This document shows positions 9,200 to 19,397 of a DNA stretch of 64,000 nt, piece by piece. Source of the DNA: Verrucomicrobiota bacterium (GTDB taxonomy: Bacteria > Verrucomicrobiota > Kiritimatiellia > CAIVKH01); NCBI GenBank assembly GCA_024233345.1, contig JACKPT010000015.1:3386-67385 (forward strand), written 5' to 3'. Numbering within the stretch: position 1 is the first letter of the stretch; the number at the start of each line of letters is the position of its first letter. Both the position numbers and the translations under genes were made by a program. Below the pieces are notes generated by a model that searched no databases, was not told where the DNA came from, and saw nothing but the letters and a program-made list of their open reading frames with translations.

Positions 9200-9972
9200 T
9201 GAACCGCGTGGTCACGGTACTTGCCGATCCCTCCGCAGTTGCGTCCGCCGCAGCAGACCGTTTGGTTGCAGTCGCGCAGCAGGCGGCCGGGGAGGGCCGG
9301 ATCGCTTCGATCGCCCTGGCCGGTGGGTCCACACCCACCGAGATGTTCGATGTGCTGGTCCGTCGAACCAACACCGGGGAAGCGATTCCCTGGCCTGCCC
9401 TGTCTTTTTATTGGGGGGATGAACGCGCGGTTCCGCCCGATCATCCGGATAGCAATTACCGGGTGGCCCGCGAGCATTTACTTGATCCGGTGGGGATCCC
9501 GGAACATCGGATTTTCCGCATGCCGGCGGAACGGCCGGATCAGGAGCAGGCCGCCCTCGCGTATGAGAACCTGCTTCGCCGTAACCTGCCGGCAAGCGAT
9601 CACCAACCATCCATGCCGGTCTTTGACCTGGTTTATCTGGGCATGGGAGCGGATGGACACACCGCATCGCTGTTCCCGGGAACCTCCGCGCTTGCCGTGC
9701 GGGATCGCGCGGTGGTCATGCATCCGGTGGATGCGGTGCAGATGGATCGAATGACCCTGACCTTTCCCGTCCTCAATGCCGCCCGCCAGGTGGTCATTGC
9801 AGTGACCGGCCCGGGCAAGGCTGACCGCGTGGCGGAGATCCTCGGTGCGGACGCGATCAGCGGGGGGTATCCCGTCCAGCAGGTCCAACCCGCATCCGGT
9901 CGATTGGAATGGCTGCTCGACCAGGCGGCTGCCGCTCATCTGGATTCGACAATCCGCGCGGGCCGGAAATGA
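9196..9972 (+). CDS. pgl: 6-phosphogluconolactonase
   Basis: Contains LAGGSTP, WGDERAVP and GMGADGHTASLFPG. There is a 4-nt start/stop overlap with zwf. Confidence 0.9.
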   Translation: MMNRVVTVLADPSAVASAAADRLVAVAQQAAGEGRIASIALAGGSTPTEMFDVLVRRTNTGEAIPWPALSFYWGDERAVPPDHPDSNYRVAREHLLDPVGIPEHRIFRMPAERPDQEQAALAYENLLRRNLPASDHQPSMPVFDLVYLGMGADGHTASLFPGTSALAVRDRAVVMHPVDAVQMDRMTLTFPVLNAARQVVIAVTGPGKADRVAEILGADAISGGYPVQQVQPASGRLEWLLDQAAAAHLDSTIRAGRK

Positions 9973-11135
9973 TCGAGATGTTTCTGGTGTTTCTGCGGCT
10001 CGGTCTTACCTCCTTTGGTGGTCCGGTGGCCCACTTGGGCTATCTCCGGGAGGAATGCGTGGCCCGCCGGAGATGGCTGACCGATCAAGCCTATGCGGAT
10101 CTGGTGGCCTTGTGCCAGTTCCTGCCTGGGCCGGCGAGCAGTCAGGCGGTCTTTGGGGTCGGCTTCCTTCGGTCTGGCTGGCGGGGTGGCCTTGCCGCAT
10201 GGTTGGGATTTGCCTTGCCGTCGATGATATTGATGATCGGATTGGGGATGGGGTTGAGCTGGTTGCCCACGATTCCAGGTGGCGTGCTGACCGGCCTGAA
10301 ACTGGCTGCGGTGGGGGTGGTGGCTCACGCCGTGCAGAAAATGGCCGAAGCCATCTGTCCGGACCTTCGCGGTAAAATAGTTGCGCTGGCCGCAGCGGGG
10401 ATCGCACTGGGGTGGGGTGGCTTTGTTGGTCAATTGGCCGCCCTGGCCGCGGGAGGCTGGGTGGGGTGGCTCTGGTTTCACCCTGGGCAACCACGGGAGG
10501 AATGGGTGACGTCCGCGTCACCGGTAGGGGCCCGGGTGTGGATACCATTAACCGGATTTTTGCTTCTGCTGCTGTTGCTGCCGGTGCTTGCCTTCAGGCT
10601 GCCCGACCTGCGGGTGGAGGCCTTTGATCGGTTGTACCGGGCCGGATCGTTGGTGCTGGGAGGCGGTCACGTGGTCCTGCCCTGGCTGAACTCATTGGTG
10701 GTGGGACAAGGGTGGGTTGAGCAGGATCTATTTCTTGCCGGTTATGGTGCAGCCCAAGCACTCCCTGGGCCATTGTTTACCTTTGCCGGTTTTCTGGGCG
10801 CTTCAATGCCTGCACCGATGGGAGGCCTGACCGGGGGGCTGCTCGCGGTGACCGCCATTTTTCTTCCCTCGTGGCTGTTGGTGGCGGGGACCCTGCCGAT
10901 CTGGGCCCGGATTCGCACCCTGGGCCGGATGGGAGCCGTCATGAAAGGGTTGAATACCGCTGTGGTCGGCCTGTTGCTGGCCGCTCTGGTCCATCCCATC
11001 GCATCCAGCACCGTGACCACCCTCGGTCATCTCGTCTTCGCCGGGTCGGTATGGCTGGTCCTGTCTTTTTTCCGCACGCCACCCTGGCTGGTGGTGGTCG
11101 CCTCTGCCGCCGCCGGATGGTTGGCCCTGTCATGA
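9969..11135 (+). CDS. chrA: Chromate transporter (two-domain CHR family)
   Basis: Contains FLRLGLTSFGGPVAHLGYLREE, with a second CHR half, LGGGHVVLPWL. I chose ATG 9969, which overlaps the pgl stop as ATGA, instead of the track start 9909. Confidence 0.85.
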   Translation: MIEMFLVFLRLGLTSFGGPVAHLGYLREECVARRRWLTDQAYADLVALCQFLPGPASSQAVFGVGFLRSGWRGGLAAWLGFALPSMILMIGLGMGLSWLPTIPGGVLTGLKLAAVGVVAHAVQKMAEAICPDLRGKIVALAAAGIALGWGGFVGQLAALAAGGWVGWLWFHPGQPREEWVTSASPVGARVWIPLTGFLLLLLLLPVLAFRLPDLRVEAFDRLYRAGSLVLGGGHVVLPWLNSLVVGQGWVEQDLFLAGYGAAQALPGPLFTFAGFLGASMPAPMGGLTGGLLAVTAIFLPSWLLVAGTLPIWARIRTLGRMGAVMKGLNTAVVGLLLAALVHPIASSTVTTLGHLVFAGSVWLVLSFFRTPPWLVVVASAAAGWLALS

Positions 11136-11197
11136 CATCCCACCCCCGGTCCCGCAATCCTGTTGACGGAAAAATCGTCTGCCAGTACGACTTAACC

Positions 11198-11965
11198 ATG
11201 TCAACCTTCAGACAAGTACAATCAACCTGGTCCATCTACTTCCGTGGGGCGATCCTGGTTTGTCTGGGTTTCCTTGTGTTGGGAAGCGGCTGCAGTCGTG
11301 ATCCCATTGATGAGCGGGATCCCAACCTGCGCCGGGCCCGGGTGTTAAAGAATGCCGAGGACTACGAGGGCGCGGTGGCGATGTATGAGAAAGCCCTGCG
11401 CCGCAAGCCCGGGTTGGCCCGTGCCCACTGGGAGCTTGCTACCTTGTATGACCAGGTGTTTGCCGATGACATTCGGGCCATCTACCACTACCAGAAATAT
11501 CTTGAGCTCGATCCGGAGGCGGAGCGGAGAGATCTGGTGGAGGATTTGATTTCCGTGGCCAAGGTATCCTTTGCGGCGTCCCTGCCCCAGAACTCCGACG
11601 AAGCAATCCGGGAGGTGCGCAGGTTGCAGCGGGAAAATGCCGCCCTCGCGGACCTGCTGAGCGGGGAGCGGGAGGTCATCCGGGATTTGCGTGCCCAGTT
11701 GGCTGGGGTTCCTGTGCAGGAGAGCGGCGATAACAAGCCCCCGCCGCCTGCGGTGTCGATCCAGGCCCCCAAGCCGATGCCGGCCCAGCCCAGTGAACAG
11801 ATCTATGTCGTCCAAGCGGGGGATACCCTTTCCCGCATTGCCACCCGGGTGTATAACAACCCCGCCCTGTGGGAACGGATTTACGAGGCCAACCGCGAGA
11901 CCTTGCGGAGCCCGGAAAGCATTCGGGTCGGACAGACCCTGCGCATACCCCAGAACGGTAACTGA
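11198..11965 (+). CDS. TPR + LysM domain lipoprotein
   Basis: The signal/lipobox is FLVLGSGC. It has a TPR-like segment (AMYEKALRRKPGLARAHWELATLY), a Pro-rich linker and a C-terminal LysM (YVVQAGDTLSRIA...VGQTLRIP). The track ORF extends upstream to 10871 inside chrA; ATG 11198 is the likely start. Confidence 0.75.
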   Translation: MSTFRQVQSTWSIYFRGAILVCLGFLVLGSGCSRDPIDERDPNLRRARVLKNAEDYEGAVAMYEKALRRKPGLARAHWELATLYDQVFADDIRAIYHYQKYLELDPEAERRDLVEDLISVAKVSFAASLPQNSDEAIREVRRLQRENAALADLLSGEREVIRDLRAQLAGVPVQESGDNKPPPPAVSIQAPKPMPAQPSEQIYVVQAGDTLSRIATRVYNNPALWERIYEANRETLRSPESIRVGQTLRIPQNGN

Positions 11966-11978
11966 TCGGAGGACCACC

Positions 11979-12734
11979 ATGGCCAATACGGACTTTTATG
12001 ATGACGACCTCAGCCAACCCCCCCGCACACCCCTTGGATCGCGCGGGCTGGGCGGGGAGGGCCGGGATAAAAAATCCATGAACTCCGATGATGCCATGGC
12101 CGGGCGGGCGTCTGATCTGAATTTGACCGGCATGAAACGGCATCAGAAGGATGTCACCGAGCAGGCGACCCAGGCCCTGCATGAGCTGGAACAGCTCCGC
12201 CAGCGTCAGGAGCAGCTTGAACGGGAAAAGAAGGTGCTGGAGCAGGCACAGCGCCAGCAGGAGACATTCACCCGGGGTCGGAAGGAAATGACCGGCTATC
12301 TGCGCAAGAGCCTGACTTCACTGGAACGGGATGAGGTGGAGACCCAGCGCTATCTTGAGCTGATCTCCAGCGCCCGCACCCGGTTCCGGGAGATGCTGGG
12401 CGAGGTGGATGCGCTCAATGAAGATGAATGGTCCGAGGAACAACTCTCGGATGAATTGAGCCGCGGCCTGACCGTACTGGAAGAAATCCGGGGCGAATAC
12501 AACCGGACCATGGCCCGATTGGAAGCGAGCAAGTCCCGCGAATCGGATACCCTCGCATCGACACGGGAGGTGGCGGCCTCCGCATACGATCCGGGGCCAT
12601 TGGAACCCGCGATGGGTGCGCGGTCCTTTGCAGACTGGATCAAGATCGGGGCGGCGGTGACCCTGCCCCTGATGGTGACCCTGTTCCTGCTGCTGCTGGT
12701 CTACACCTCGCTGGTCTATTACGGATTTCTGTAA
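11979..12734 (+). CDS. Tail-anchored coiled-coil protein, function unknown
   Basis: I chose the start at MANTDFYDDD (ATG 11979, in frame with track ORF 11691). It has a long E/Q/R-rich coiled coil and a single C-terminal TM, AAVTLPLMVTLFLLLLVYTSLVYY. Confidence 0.55.
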   Translation: MANTDFYDDDLSQPPRTPLGSRGLGGEGRDKKSMNSDDAMAGRASDLNLTGMKRHQKDVTEQATQALHELEQLRQRQEQLEREKKVLEQAQRQQETFTRGRKEMTGYLRKSLTSLERDEVETQRYLELISSARTRFREMLGEVDALNEDEWSEEQLSDELSRGLTVLEEIRGEYNRTMARLEASKSRESDTLASTREVAASAYDPGPLEPAMGARSFADWIKIGAAVTLPLMVTLFLLLLVYTSLVYYGFL

Positions 12735-12746
12735 AGGGAAGGGTCG

Positions 12747-13118
12747 ATGCATTGGGGTAAACCACAGAATCCCGTCGATCGCCGCCGCCGTGAACTGGAG
12801 GCGGAGGAGGCACAGATCCGGCGCCGCATGAAGGAGGTGCTGAAATCCACGCCCAAGGAAGTGCTGCAAAAGGCCGCGACCCTCGCCCAGGCTTCCGCGG
12901 AAATCCCACCCGATCCGTCCACCCCGGCGACCCGGGAGGAAACCGCCCGCGCTGCCCGAAGCGCCAATCTCGCCCATTATCTTTCCAGCGGTAGTTTCGG
13001 GGGTGGGTCTTCCGATGTTCCGATGAGTTACGACCGCAAGGTCCAACGCAACAAAATGATTTTCCTGGCGCTTCTGCTCTTGCTCGGACTTTTCATTCTG
13101 GTACAGATTTTTTCCTAG
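12747..13118 (+). CDS. Tail-anchored small protein, function unknown
   Basis: 123 aa, with a charged N-terminal helix and a C-terminal TM, MIFLALLLLLGLFILVQIF. Confidence 0.45.
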   Translation: MHWGKPQNPVDRRRRELEAEEAQIRRRMKEVLKSTPKEVLQKAATLAQASAEIPPDPSTPATREETARAARSANLAHYLSSGSFGGGSSDVPMSYDRKVQRNKMIFLALLLLLGLFILVQIFS

Positions 13119-13131
13119 GTACTGCCTCGCG

Positions 13132-13662
13132 ATGACTGGTGATTCCACCCTGACCTGCCATACCACCTGGGGCCCGATCCGGACCGTGCTGCGCGAGGGC
13201 CATGTGGTGTCCTGTGTTTTGCCTGCCGTCGATGATCGCGATGGGGTTCCCGAGTGGCGGGGGAGCAGTGTGGATCAGGCGGAGGATGCCAATCGCTCCG
13301 TGATGGACGCTGCCGAGCAGTGTATACGGGGATGGTTTGACCGTCGATTGCGCCCCACACCGCCACTGCGATTGCCGGATGCAACCCCCTTCACCCTCCG
13401 GGTCTGGGATGCGCTGCGAAAGGTGCCGTGGGGCCAGTACGTGACCTATGGCGAACTGGCGTCCCTGGCCGGTTCACCCCGGGCTTGCCGGGCTGCGGGG
13501 CAGGCCTGCGGGGCCAACCATATTCCATTATTTCTGCCCTGTCACCGGGTGCTGGCCTCCCAGGGCCGGGCCGGCGGGTTTGGTTCCGGACTCCCCTGGA
13601 AACGATTTTTGCTTGCGGCGGAAGGACTGGATGCCGATGCCATCACCGGGTGGCGTTCATGA
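13132..13662 (+). CDS. ogt: Methylated-DNA--protein-cysteine methyltransferase
   Basis: The active site is IPLFLPCHRV, preceded by VTYGELASLAGSPRACRAAGQA. Confidence 0.88.
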   Translation: MTGDSTLTCHTTWGPIRTVLREGHVVSCVLPAVDDRDGVPEWRGSSVDQAEDANRSVMDAAEQCIRGWFDRRLRPTPPLRLPDATPFTLRVWDALRKVPWGQYVTYGELASLAGSPRACRAAGQACGANHIPLFLPCHRVLASQGRAGGFGSGLPWKRFLLAAEGLDADAITGWRS

Positions 13663-14735
13663 AAATCGCGGTGGCGTGTGGAGGAACCGGCGGGCATATC
13701 TTTCCCGGATTAGCCACGGCCCAGGTTTTGGCCGACCGGGGTCACGAGGTGACGCTGTGGATGGCGGGCAAAGATGTGGAGGCGCAAGCCCTCGAAGGCT
13801 GGCCGGGGCGCACCATCCAGGTTCCGGCCCAGGGGTTCCCCACGCGCTTTTCCCTGCGCGGGGTCCAGTCGGCATGGAGTCTGGCCAAAGCAGTGCGAAC
13901 GGTACGGAGGTTGATGATCAAGGAACAACCCGAAGTTCTGCTCGCCATGGGCAGTTATGCTTCGGTGGGGCCGGTGGGAGCGGCCATCTCCCTTCGCATT
14001 CCCTATGTGTTGCATGAGGCCAATGTCGTCCCCGGGCGTGCGATCAAATTCTTTTCCCGGCGGGCCGGGGCAATCTGCGGCTGCTTCGAGGAAACCCGCT
14101 ATTATTTGCGGGGCCGGGATCTCATCATTACCGGGATGCCGCTGCGCCGTCCGGTGGTGGAAGCCGCCAGACGCCATGCCCCTCATGCCGGGGGAAAGCA
14201 TTTTCACCTTTTGGTCATGGGCGGCAGTCGCGGCGCGCACGCCCTGAATGAGTTGATTTCGGAAGCGCTGATCCATTTGCATCGGCGTGGGGTGGGGATC
14301 GAGGTCACCCACCTCACCGGTACCGAAGACGAGATGTGGGTGGAAAACCGCTATGATACGGCCGGTCTGCTCCATACCGTGCGGGCCTTTACCAACCGGA
14401 TCGAAGATCTCTACGCCCGGGCGGATTTTGCGATTTGCCGTTCCGGAGCTTCCACCTGCGCCGAACTGGCGGCCTTTGCCCTGCCGGCCCTGCTGGTGCC
14501 TTTCCCGTTTGCGGTGAAGAATCACCAGATGGCCAATGCCCGTGTACTGGAAAAAGCCGGAGCGGCGGATGTGGTCCCCGAATCCGATCTCACGGTGGAA
14601 TGGCTCACGACCTACATCGAGCGGATGTGCCGGGTGGAGGAGCGTCGGATCAGCATGGCGCGCGCGGCTGCGGAGTGGGCCTACACGGATGGCGCGGAGC
14701 GACTGGCCGACCAGGTGGAGCGACAGGCTCGATGA
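13659..14735 (+). CDS. murG: UDP-N-acetylglucosamine--N-acetylmuramyl-(pentapeptide) pyrophosphoryl-undecaprenol GlcNAc transferase
   Basis: Starts MKIAVACGGTGGHIFPGLA. ATG 13659 overlaps the ogt stop (ATGA). The track ORF begins further upstream at 13428. Confidence 0.9.
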   Translation: MKIAVACGGTGGHIFPGLATAQVLADRGHEVTLWMAGKDVEAQALEGWPGRTIQVPAQGFPTRFSLRGVQSAWSLAKAVRTVRRLMIKEQPEVLLAMGSYASVGPVGAAISLRIPYVLHEANVVPGRAIKFFSRRAGAICGCFEETRYYLRGRDLIITGMPLRRPVVEAARRHAPHAGGKHFHLLVMGGSRGAHALNELISEALIHLHRRGVGIEVTHLTGTEDEMWVENRYDTAGLLHTVRAFTNRIEDLYARADFAICRSGASTCAELAAFALPALLVPFPFAVKNHQMANARVLEKAGAADVVPESDLTVEWLTTYIERMCRVEERRISMARAAAEWAYTDGAERLADQVERQAR

Positions 14736-16165
14736 CCACAGCCATCCGGCACCGGAATTCGGAAGACTGGCGCCGCCAAACCGAGGCAGTACTCGGTTAT
14801 CTGGCTTCGCCTGCCTATCGGGCGGTCCATTTTGTCGGGATTGGCGGAGTGGGCATGGCCGGGCTGGCCCATCTCATGCACGAGGCTGGGTATGAGGTCA
14901 CCGGTTGCGATTTGCTGGAGGGGCCGACCATCCAGTGGCTGCGTGGCCAGGGCATCCCCATCCAGATCGGACATGAAGCAGATCATTTACAGGGGCCTGC
15001 GTCCTGGGTGGTGCGAAGTCCGGCGGTGCCGTTGCATCATCCGGAATTGGTCGAAGCGGCCGCACAGCAAATGCCGGTCATTGACCGGGGCGCTTTACTG
15101 CCCGCCTGGATGCACCGTTATGCCCGCTCGATCGCGGTGGGCGGAACCCATGGGAAGACCACCACCGCCTGCATGATTCTGCACATCCTCGAAACCCTGG
15201 GGGTGGCGTCCGCCTATGTTATTGGCGGCCTGCCTGCCGGTCATTCCGGAGTGGCCGGGGGAGGGGGGCTGGATGTCCTGGTCGCGGAAGCGGATGAAAG
15301 CGATGGCAGTCTCGCCCTGTACAAGCCTACCGTGGCCGTCATCACCCATACCGAACTGGATCATGTCGATTACTATCCCACCGAAGCCGACCTCCACCAC
15401 GTGTATCGCACCGTGATTGGCCAGGCCAGGGTTGCTTCGGTGATCCCGGTCGAGGCGGCCGAAGATCTGGCCACCCCGGGAGTGGATGTACGCACCTTTG
15501 GTCTTTCGGAAGCTGCGCACTACCGGGCGATGGCATTGGAACAAAATGGAGGGCAGGGCATGCACTTCTCCTTGATCCAGGATGGCGCACAACCTTTGCC
15601 CGTGTCGGTCTCGGCGGGAGGGAAACACAATGTGTTGAATGCCCTCGCCGCGCTGGCGGCGGTGGATGCGCTCGGTCTCGATCGGGTCGCGGCGGCGGCC
15701 GCGCTCGCCTCGTTCCGACTGCCCGGGCGCCGGTTTGATGTGGTGCTGGAAGCCAGGGGAATCACCGTGGTGTCGGACTACGCTCACCACCCCACCGAAA
15801 TCCATGCATTGCTCGAGCAGGCCCGGCAATGGGGGGCGAAAAGAATTCTCGGGGTCTTTCAACCTCATCGCTACAGCCGGACCCGCCAGTTTGCCCGCGA
15901 ATTTGCCGGGGCGCTGCGCGGTCTCGATGGTATTGGACTGGTACCGGTGTATAGCGCGTCGGAGCCGTTTGTCGATGGGGGCCGATCCGAGGATCTGTAT
16001 GCGACCATGCGATCCATGGGCATCCATCATGTCGTCTTATATGACTCCCTCCCCGACGCTTGGAAAGCGATCCGGGCGGACCTGATGGAAGGCGACCTCC
16101 TGTTGGTCATCGGGGCGGGGGATGTCGAAAAAATAGCCGTCTGGGCTGCGGATGAATTGGCATGA
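14732..16165 (+). CDS. murC: UDP-N-acetylmuramate--L-alanine ligase
   Basis: Contains HFVGIGGVGMAGLA, VGGTHGKTTT and the DYAHHPTE motif. ATG 14732 overlaps the murG stop. Confidence 0.9.
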   Translation: MTTAIRHRNSEDWRRQTEAVLGYLASPAYRAVHFVGIGGVGMAGLAHLMHEAGYEVTGCDLLEGPTIQWLRGQGIPIQIGHEADHLQGPASWVVRSPAVPLHHPELVEAAAQQMPVIDRGALLPAWMHRYARSIAVGGTHGKTTTACMILHILETLGVASAYVIGGLPAGHSGVAGGGGLDVLVAEADESDGSLALYKPTVAVITHTELDHVDYYPTEADLHHVYRTVIGQARVASVIPVEAAEDLATPGVDVRTFGLSEAAHYRAMALEQNGGQGMHFSLIQDGAQPLPVSVSAGGKHNVLNALAALAAVDALGLDRVAAAAALASFRLPGRRFDVVLEARGITVVSDYAHHPTEIHALLEQARQWGAKRILGVFQPHRYSRTRQFAREFAGALRGLDGIGLVPVYSASEPFVDGGRSEDLYATMRSMGIHHVVLYDSLPDAWKAIRADLMEGDLLLVIGAGDVEKIAVWAADELA

Positions 16166-16175
16166 GAGAAACACA

Positions 16176-17066
16176 ATGAACAAACGATTTCGGCGGATAG
16201 CGGTATTGATGGGGGGGCCTTCCAGCGAGCGGGAAATTTCTCTCGCTTCGGGTCGGGCGGTCGCCTCGGCATTGACCGGGTTGGGGTATGAAGTTACGCC
16301 GGTGACCCTCGCGGATGATCAGGTGGATCTGCCGGGGGACACCGAGGCGGTATTCATCGCCCTGCACGGCGCGTTTGGTGAAGATGGTCAGGTGCAATCG
16401 ATCCTGGAAGCGCGGGGTATACCGTTTACCGGGTCGGGTTCCGCTTCGAGCCGGCTGGCATTTGACAAACTGGAAACCAAGAAAGTGTTGGAGCGGTGCG
16501 GCATTCCCACCCCGCCTTATGAAATGCTGGGCGCCGGTCAACCTCCAACCTTGTCGCTCCCTCTGGTGATCAAGCCGCCCCGCCAGGGTTCCAGTATCGG
16601 TATCCATATCGTCAAGGAGTCGACGGCATGGACTGCGGCCTGCGAGCATGCCCTGTCTTTTGGACCTGATGTGATGGTGGAAGCCTTCATTTCTGGACGG
16701 GAGCTCACGGTGGGGGTGATCGACCGCCAAGTCCTGCCGATCGTGGAAATTCGCGCACCGGAGGGGAACTACGACTTTCAGGCCAAATACACCAAGGGGA
16801 TGACCGAGTACCTGTGCCCCGCGCCTTTGCCGGATGCGGTCACCCGGACCCTGCAGCAGATCGCGCTGGATACCTTTGACGCCCTCGGTTGCCGCGGGCT
16901 CGGACGTGTGGATTTCCGGCTGACCGAGGCGAATGAACCCTACGTGCTTGAGCTCAACAGCATTCCAGGTTTCACCGAGACCAGCCTCCTCCCCAAAGCG
17001 GCCAAAGCGGCCGGAATCGATTTTCCCGATCTGTGCGAGCTGGTGTTGAATCAGGCCCGATGCTGA
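16176..17066 (+). CDS. ddl: D-alanine--D-alanine ligase
   Basis: Contains IAVLMGGPSSEREISL, HGAFGEDGQVQ and the ATP-grasp C-terminus LELNSIPGFT. An alternative start at 16152 would overlap murC. Confidence 0.9.
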   Translation: MNKRFRRIAVLMGGPSSEREISLASGRAVASALTGLGYEVTPVTLADDQVDLPGDTEAVFIALHGAFGEDGQVQSILEARGIPFTGSGSASSRLAFDKLETKKVLERCGIPTPPYEMLGAGQPPTLSLPLVIKPPRQGSSIGIHIVKESTAWTAACEHALSFGPDVMVEAFISGRELTVGVIDRQVLPIVEIRAPEGNYDFQAKYTKGMTEYLCPAPLPDAVTRTLQQIALDTFDALGCRGLGRVDFRLTEANEPYVLELNSIPGFTETSLLPKAAKAAGIDFPDLCELVLNQARC

Positions 17067-17130
17067 CGCCGCCGGTTGCGCGGCCAAGGGCATCCTTGTC
17101 TTTCCGTGGGGAGACGGTTAGTCTCTCCGC

Positions 17131-17634
17131 ATGTCGCGCGTGGAAAAACTGGTTGAAGAACTGAATTTGGAGCCCCATCCGGAAGGCGGCTTTTATCGCG
17201 AAGTCTATCGTTCCGAGGCCACGATCCGCCGCGATGCCGCCGCCTTGGGGTTTGCCGGCGAGCGTGCCTGTTCAACCAGCATCTATTTCCTGCTTCCCGG
17301 CTTCACCTTCTCCGCCTTCCACCGTATCCGAAGCGATGAATTGTGGCACTTTTATGAGGGCAGTCCGCTGGTGCTTCATGTCATTACCGAAGCGGGGGCG
17401 TATCGTGAGATTCGGCTCGGACCACCTGACTCCGGCGGCTGCTACCAGATCATGGTGCCCAAAGGTCATTGGTTTGCCGCACGCTGTGTCGACCCCAACG
17501 GTTTTTCGTTGGTTGGGTGCACGGTGTCGCCGGGCTTTGATTTTGCCGATTTTGAACTGGCGGACCGAAAGGCTTTATCCGAACGGTATCCCGCCCATCA
17601 ACCGCGGATCACCGAATTGACGAGGAGTGCATGA
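17131..17634 (+). CDS. DUF985 cupin-fold protein
   Basis: LEPHPEGGFYREVYRS...FHRIRSDELWHFYEG is the DUF985 cupin pattern. Confidence 0.7.
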   Translation: MSRVEKLVEELNLEPHPEGGFYREVYRSEATIRRDAAALGFAGERACSTSIYFLLPGFTFSAFHRIRSDELWHFYEGSPLVLHVITEAGAYREIRLGPPDSGGCYQIMVPKGHWFAARCVDPNGFSLVGCTVSPGFDFADFELADRKALSERYPAHQPRITELTRSA

Positions 17635-18383
17635 CCCACCATCCCCCAAAAAAGAAGGATATCTTTGACGCGGTCATCGACTATGTGCAGTACCTGCAGA
17701 CCGAGGATACCGCCTCCGCCGAAGTGTCGGTGGAGCGGCTTACCGCCTTTCGCCAGGCCCTGTCCTCGAATCGGTCGGGAGGGGGCGGATCCGCTCCCGC
17801 TTCGGGGGGAGGATTGGCCGGGGTTGCCGCCCGGGTCGCGGCCTGCCGCAAGTGCCCCTTGGGTCAAACCCGGACCAATACGGTGCCGGGGCAGGGGAGC
17901 GCCACCCCGGAAATCATGTTTGTCGGGGAAGGTCCGGGGGCGGATGAAGACGCCCAGGGATTGGCATTTGTGGGCCGGGCCGGCCAGTTGCTGACCAAGA
18001 TCATCGCGGCGATGGGCATGACCCGTGACGAGGTGTTCATCGGGAATATTGTCAAATGCCGTCCTCCCGGAAACCGGGTGCCGTCTCCCGAGGAAATGGA
18101 GGCTTGTCTTCCCTACCTGCATGAACAGATTGATCTCCTCAAACCCAAAGTGATCATTTGCTTGGGGGCCACTGCGGTCAGAGGCCTGTTTGGTGGGGAT
18201 TTACCCGGCATCACCAAGATTCGCGGCCAATGGCGAAGTTATCAAGGCATCGATACCATGCCCACCTACCACCCGGCCTTCCTGTTGCGCAATCCCCCCG
18301 CCAAACGGGATGTCTGGAACGATATGAAAGAGGTGCTGCGCAAACTCGGTCGATCCGTCCCCGAACCCAAGGGGAAGGACTGA
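17631..18383 (+). CDS. Uracil-DNA glycosylase, family 4
   Basis: Contains GEGPGADEDAQGLAFVGRAGQLL and YHPAFLLRNP. There is an ATGA overlap with the cupin gene. Confidence 0.88.
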   Translation: MTHHPPKKKDIFDAVIDYVQYLQTEDTASAEVSVERLTAFRQALSSNRSGGGGSAPASGGGLAGVAARVAACRKCPLGQTRTNTVPGQGSATPEIMFVGEGPGADEDAQGLAFVGRAGQLLTKIIAAMGMTRDEVFIGNIVKCRPPGNRVPSPEEMEACLPYLHEQIDLLKPKVIICLGATAVRGLFGGDLPGITKIRGQWRSYQGIDTMPTYHPAFLLRNPPAKRDVWNDMKEVLRKLGRSVPEPKGKD

Positions 18384-18418
18384 AGCAGTGTCCCTCCCGA
18401 CACCCGACACCTTCTTCC

Positions 18419-19372
18419 ATGTCTTCCGAACTCCATGAATGGATTGTGCCGCCCGAGGAATATTCACCGGGCCGGTTGGATCGCTGGCTGGTGGCCCATG
18501 CTCCTGAACATTCCCGCGCCAAGTGGCAGGAGTTGATCCGTGGCGGACAGGTGACGGTCAATGGGCAGGCGGCCAAACCCAATCACACCTTGCGAACCGG
18601 GGACGGTATCCGTGCGGTCATTCCTCCACCGTTACCGACCGAGGTGGCGGCCGAGAACATACCGCTCAATGTGGTCTATGAAGATGAGGATCTGATTGTC
18701 ATTAACAAGCCCCCGGGTATGGTGGTGCATCCGGCACCGGGGCACGCGGGCGGGACCCTGGTCAATGCCCTGCTGCATCACGTCACCGATCTGCAGGGGA
18801 TCGGCAACGAGCTGCGACCGGGCATTGTCCACCGGCTCGACCGGGAAACTTCGGGCCTGTTGGTGGCCGCCAAGCACGAAAGGGCCTTGTTTCAACTGGC
18901 CCGCCAGTTCAAAGCCCGGGAAGTGCGCAAGGAATATGTGGCTCTCGTCTGGGGGCGGACTCGGGATATTCGCGGCACCATCGCCGAACCGATTGGCCGC
19001 GATCCGCGGAATCGGAAAAAGATGAGCACCCGCGCACCGGCAGGGCGGGCGGCTGTCTCTCACTTTACCGTCCTCAAGCGATACGAGTCCTGTACCCTGG
19101 TCCGGGTGACCATCGAAACCGGACGGACCCACCAGATCAGGGTCCACATGGCCCACCTAGGCCACCCGGTGGTCGGCGATACCCTCTACAGCCGCCGAAG
19201 CCATCCCATCCTGCCGGTACCGGCGACCCGCCAATTGCTGCATGCGGAAAAACTCAGTTTCACCCATCCGGTAACCGGAATGGAGATCGCCCTCACCGCC
19301 CCGATTCCCGAAGACTTCAAGCGGGTGCTGGACGCCCTCGATGCTTCAGGGGGTGGAAAAGGCACAACCTGA
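18419..19372 (+). CDS. rluD: RluA/RluD-family 23S rRNA pseudouridine synthase
   Basis: Has an S4-like N-terminus (RLDRWL), the catalytic motif HRLDRETSGLLV, and GRTHQIRVH. I chose ATG 18419 instead of the track start 18158. Confidence 0.88.
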   Translation: MSSELHEWIVPPEEYSPGRLDRWLVAHAPEHSRAKWQELIRGGQVTVNGQAAKPNHTLRTGDGIRAVIPPPLPTEVAAENIPLNVVYEDEDLIVINKPPGMVVHPAPGHAGGTLVNALLHHVTDLQGIGNELRPGIVHRLDRETSGLLVAAKHERALFQLARQFKAREVRKEYVALVWGRTRDIRGTIAEPIGRDPRNRKKMSTRAPAGRAAVSHFTVLKRYESCTLVRVTIETGRTHQIRVHMAHLGHPVVGDTLYSRRSHPILPVPATRQLLHAEKLSFTHPVTGMEIALTAPIPEDFKRVLDALDASGGGKGTT

Positions 19373-19397
19373 TCACGCAGATTTGATTCCTGACCAT

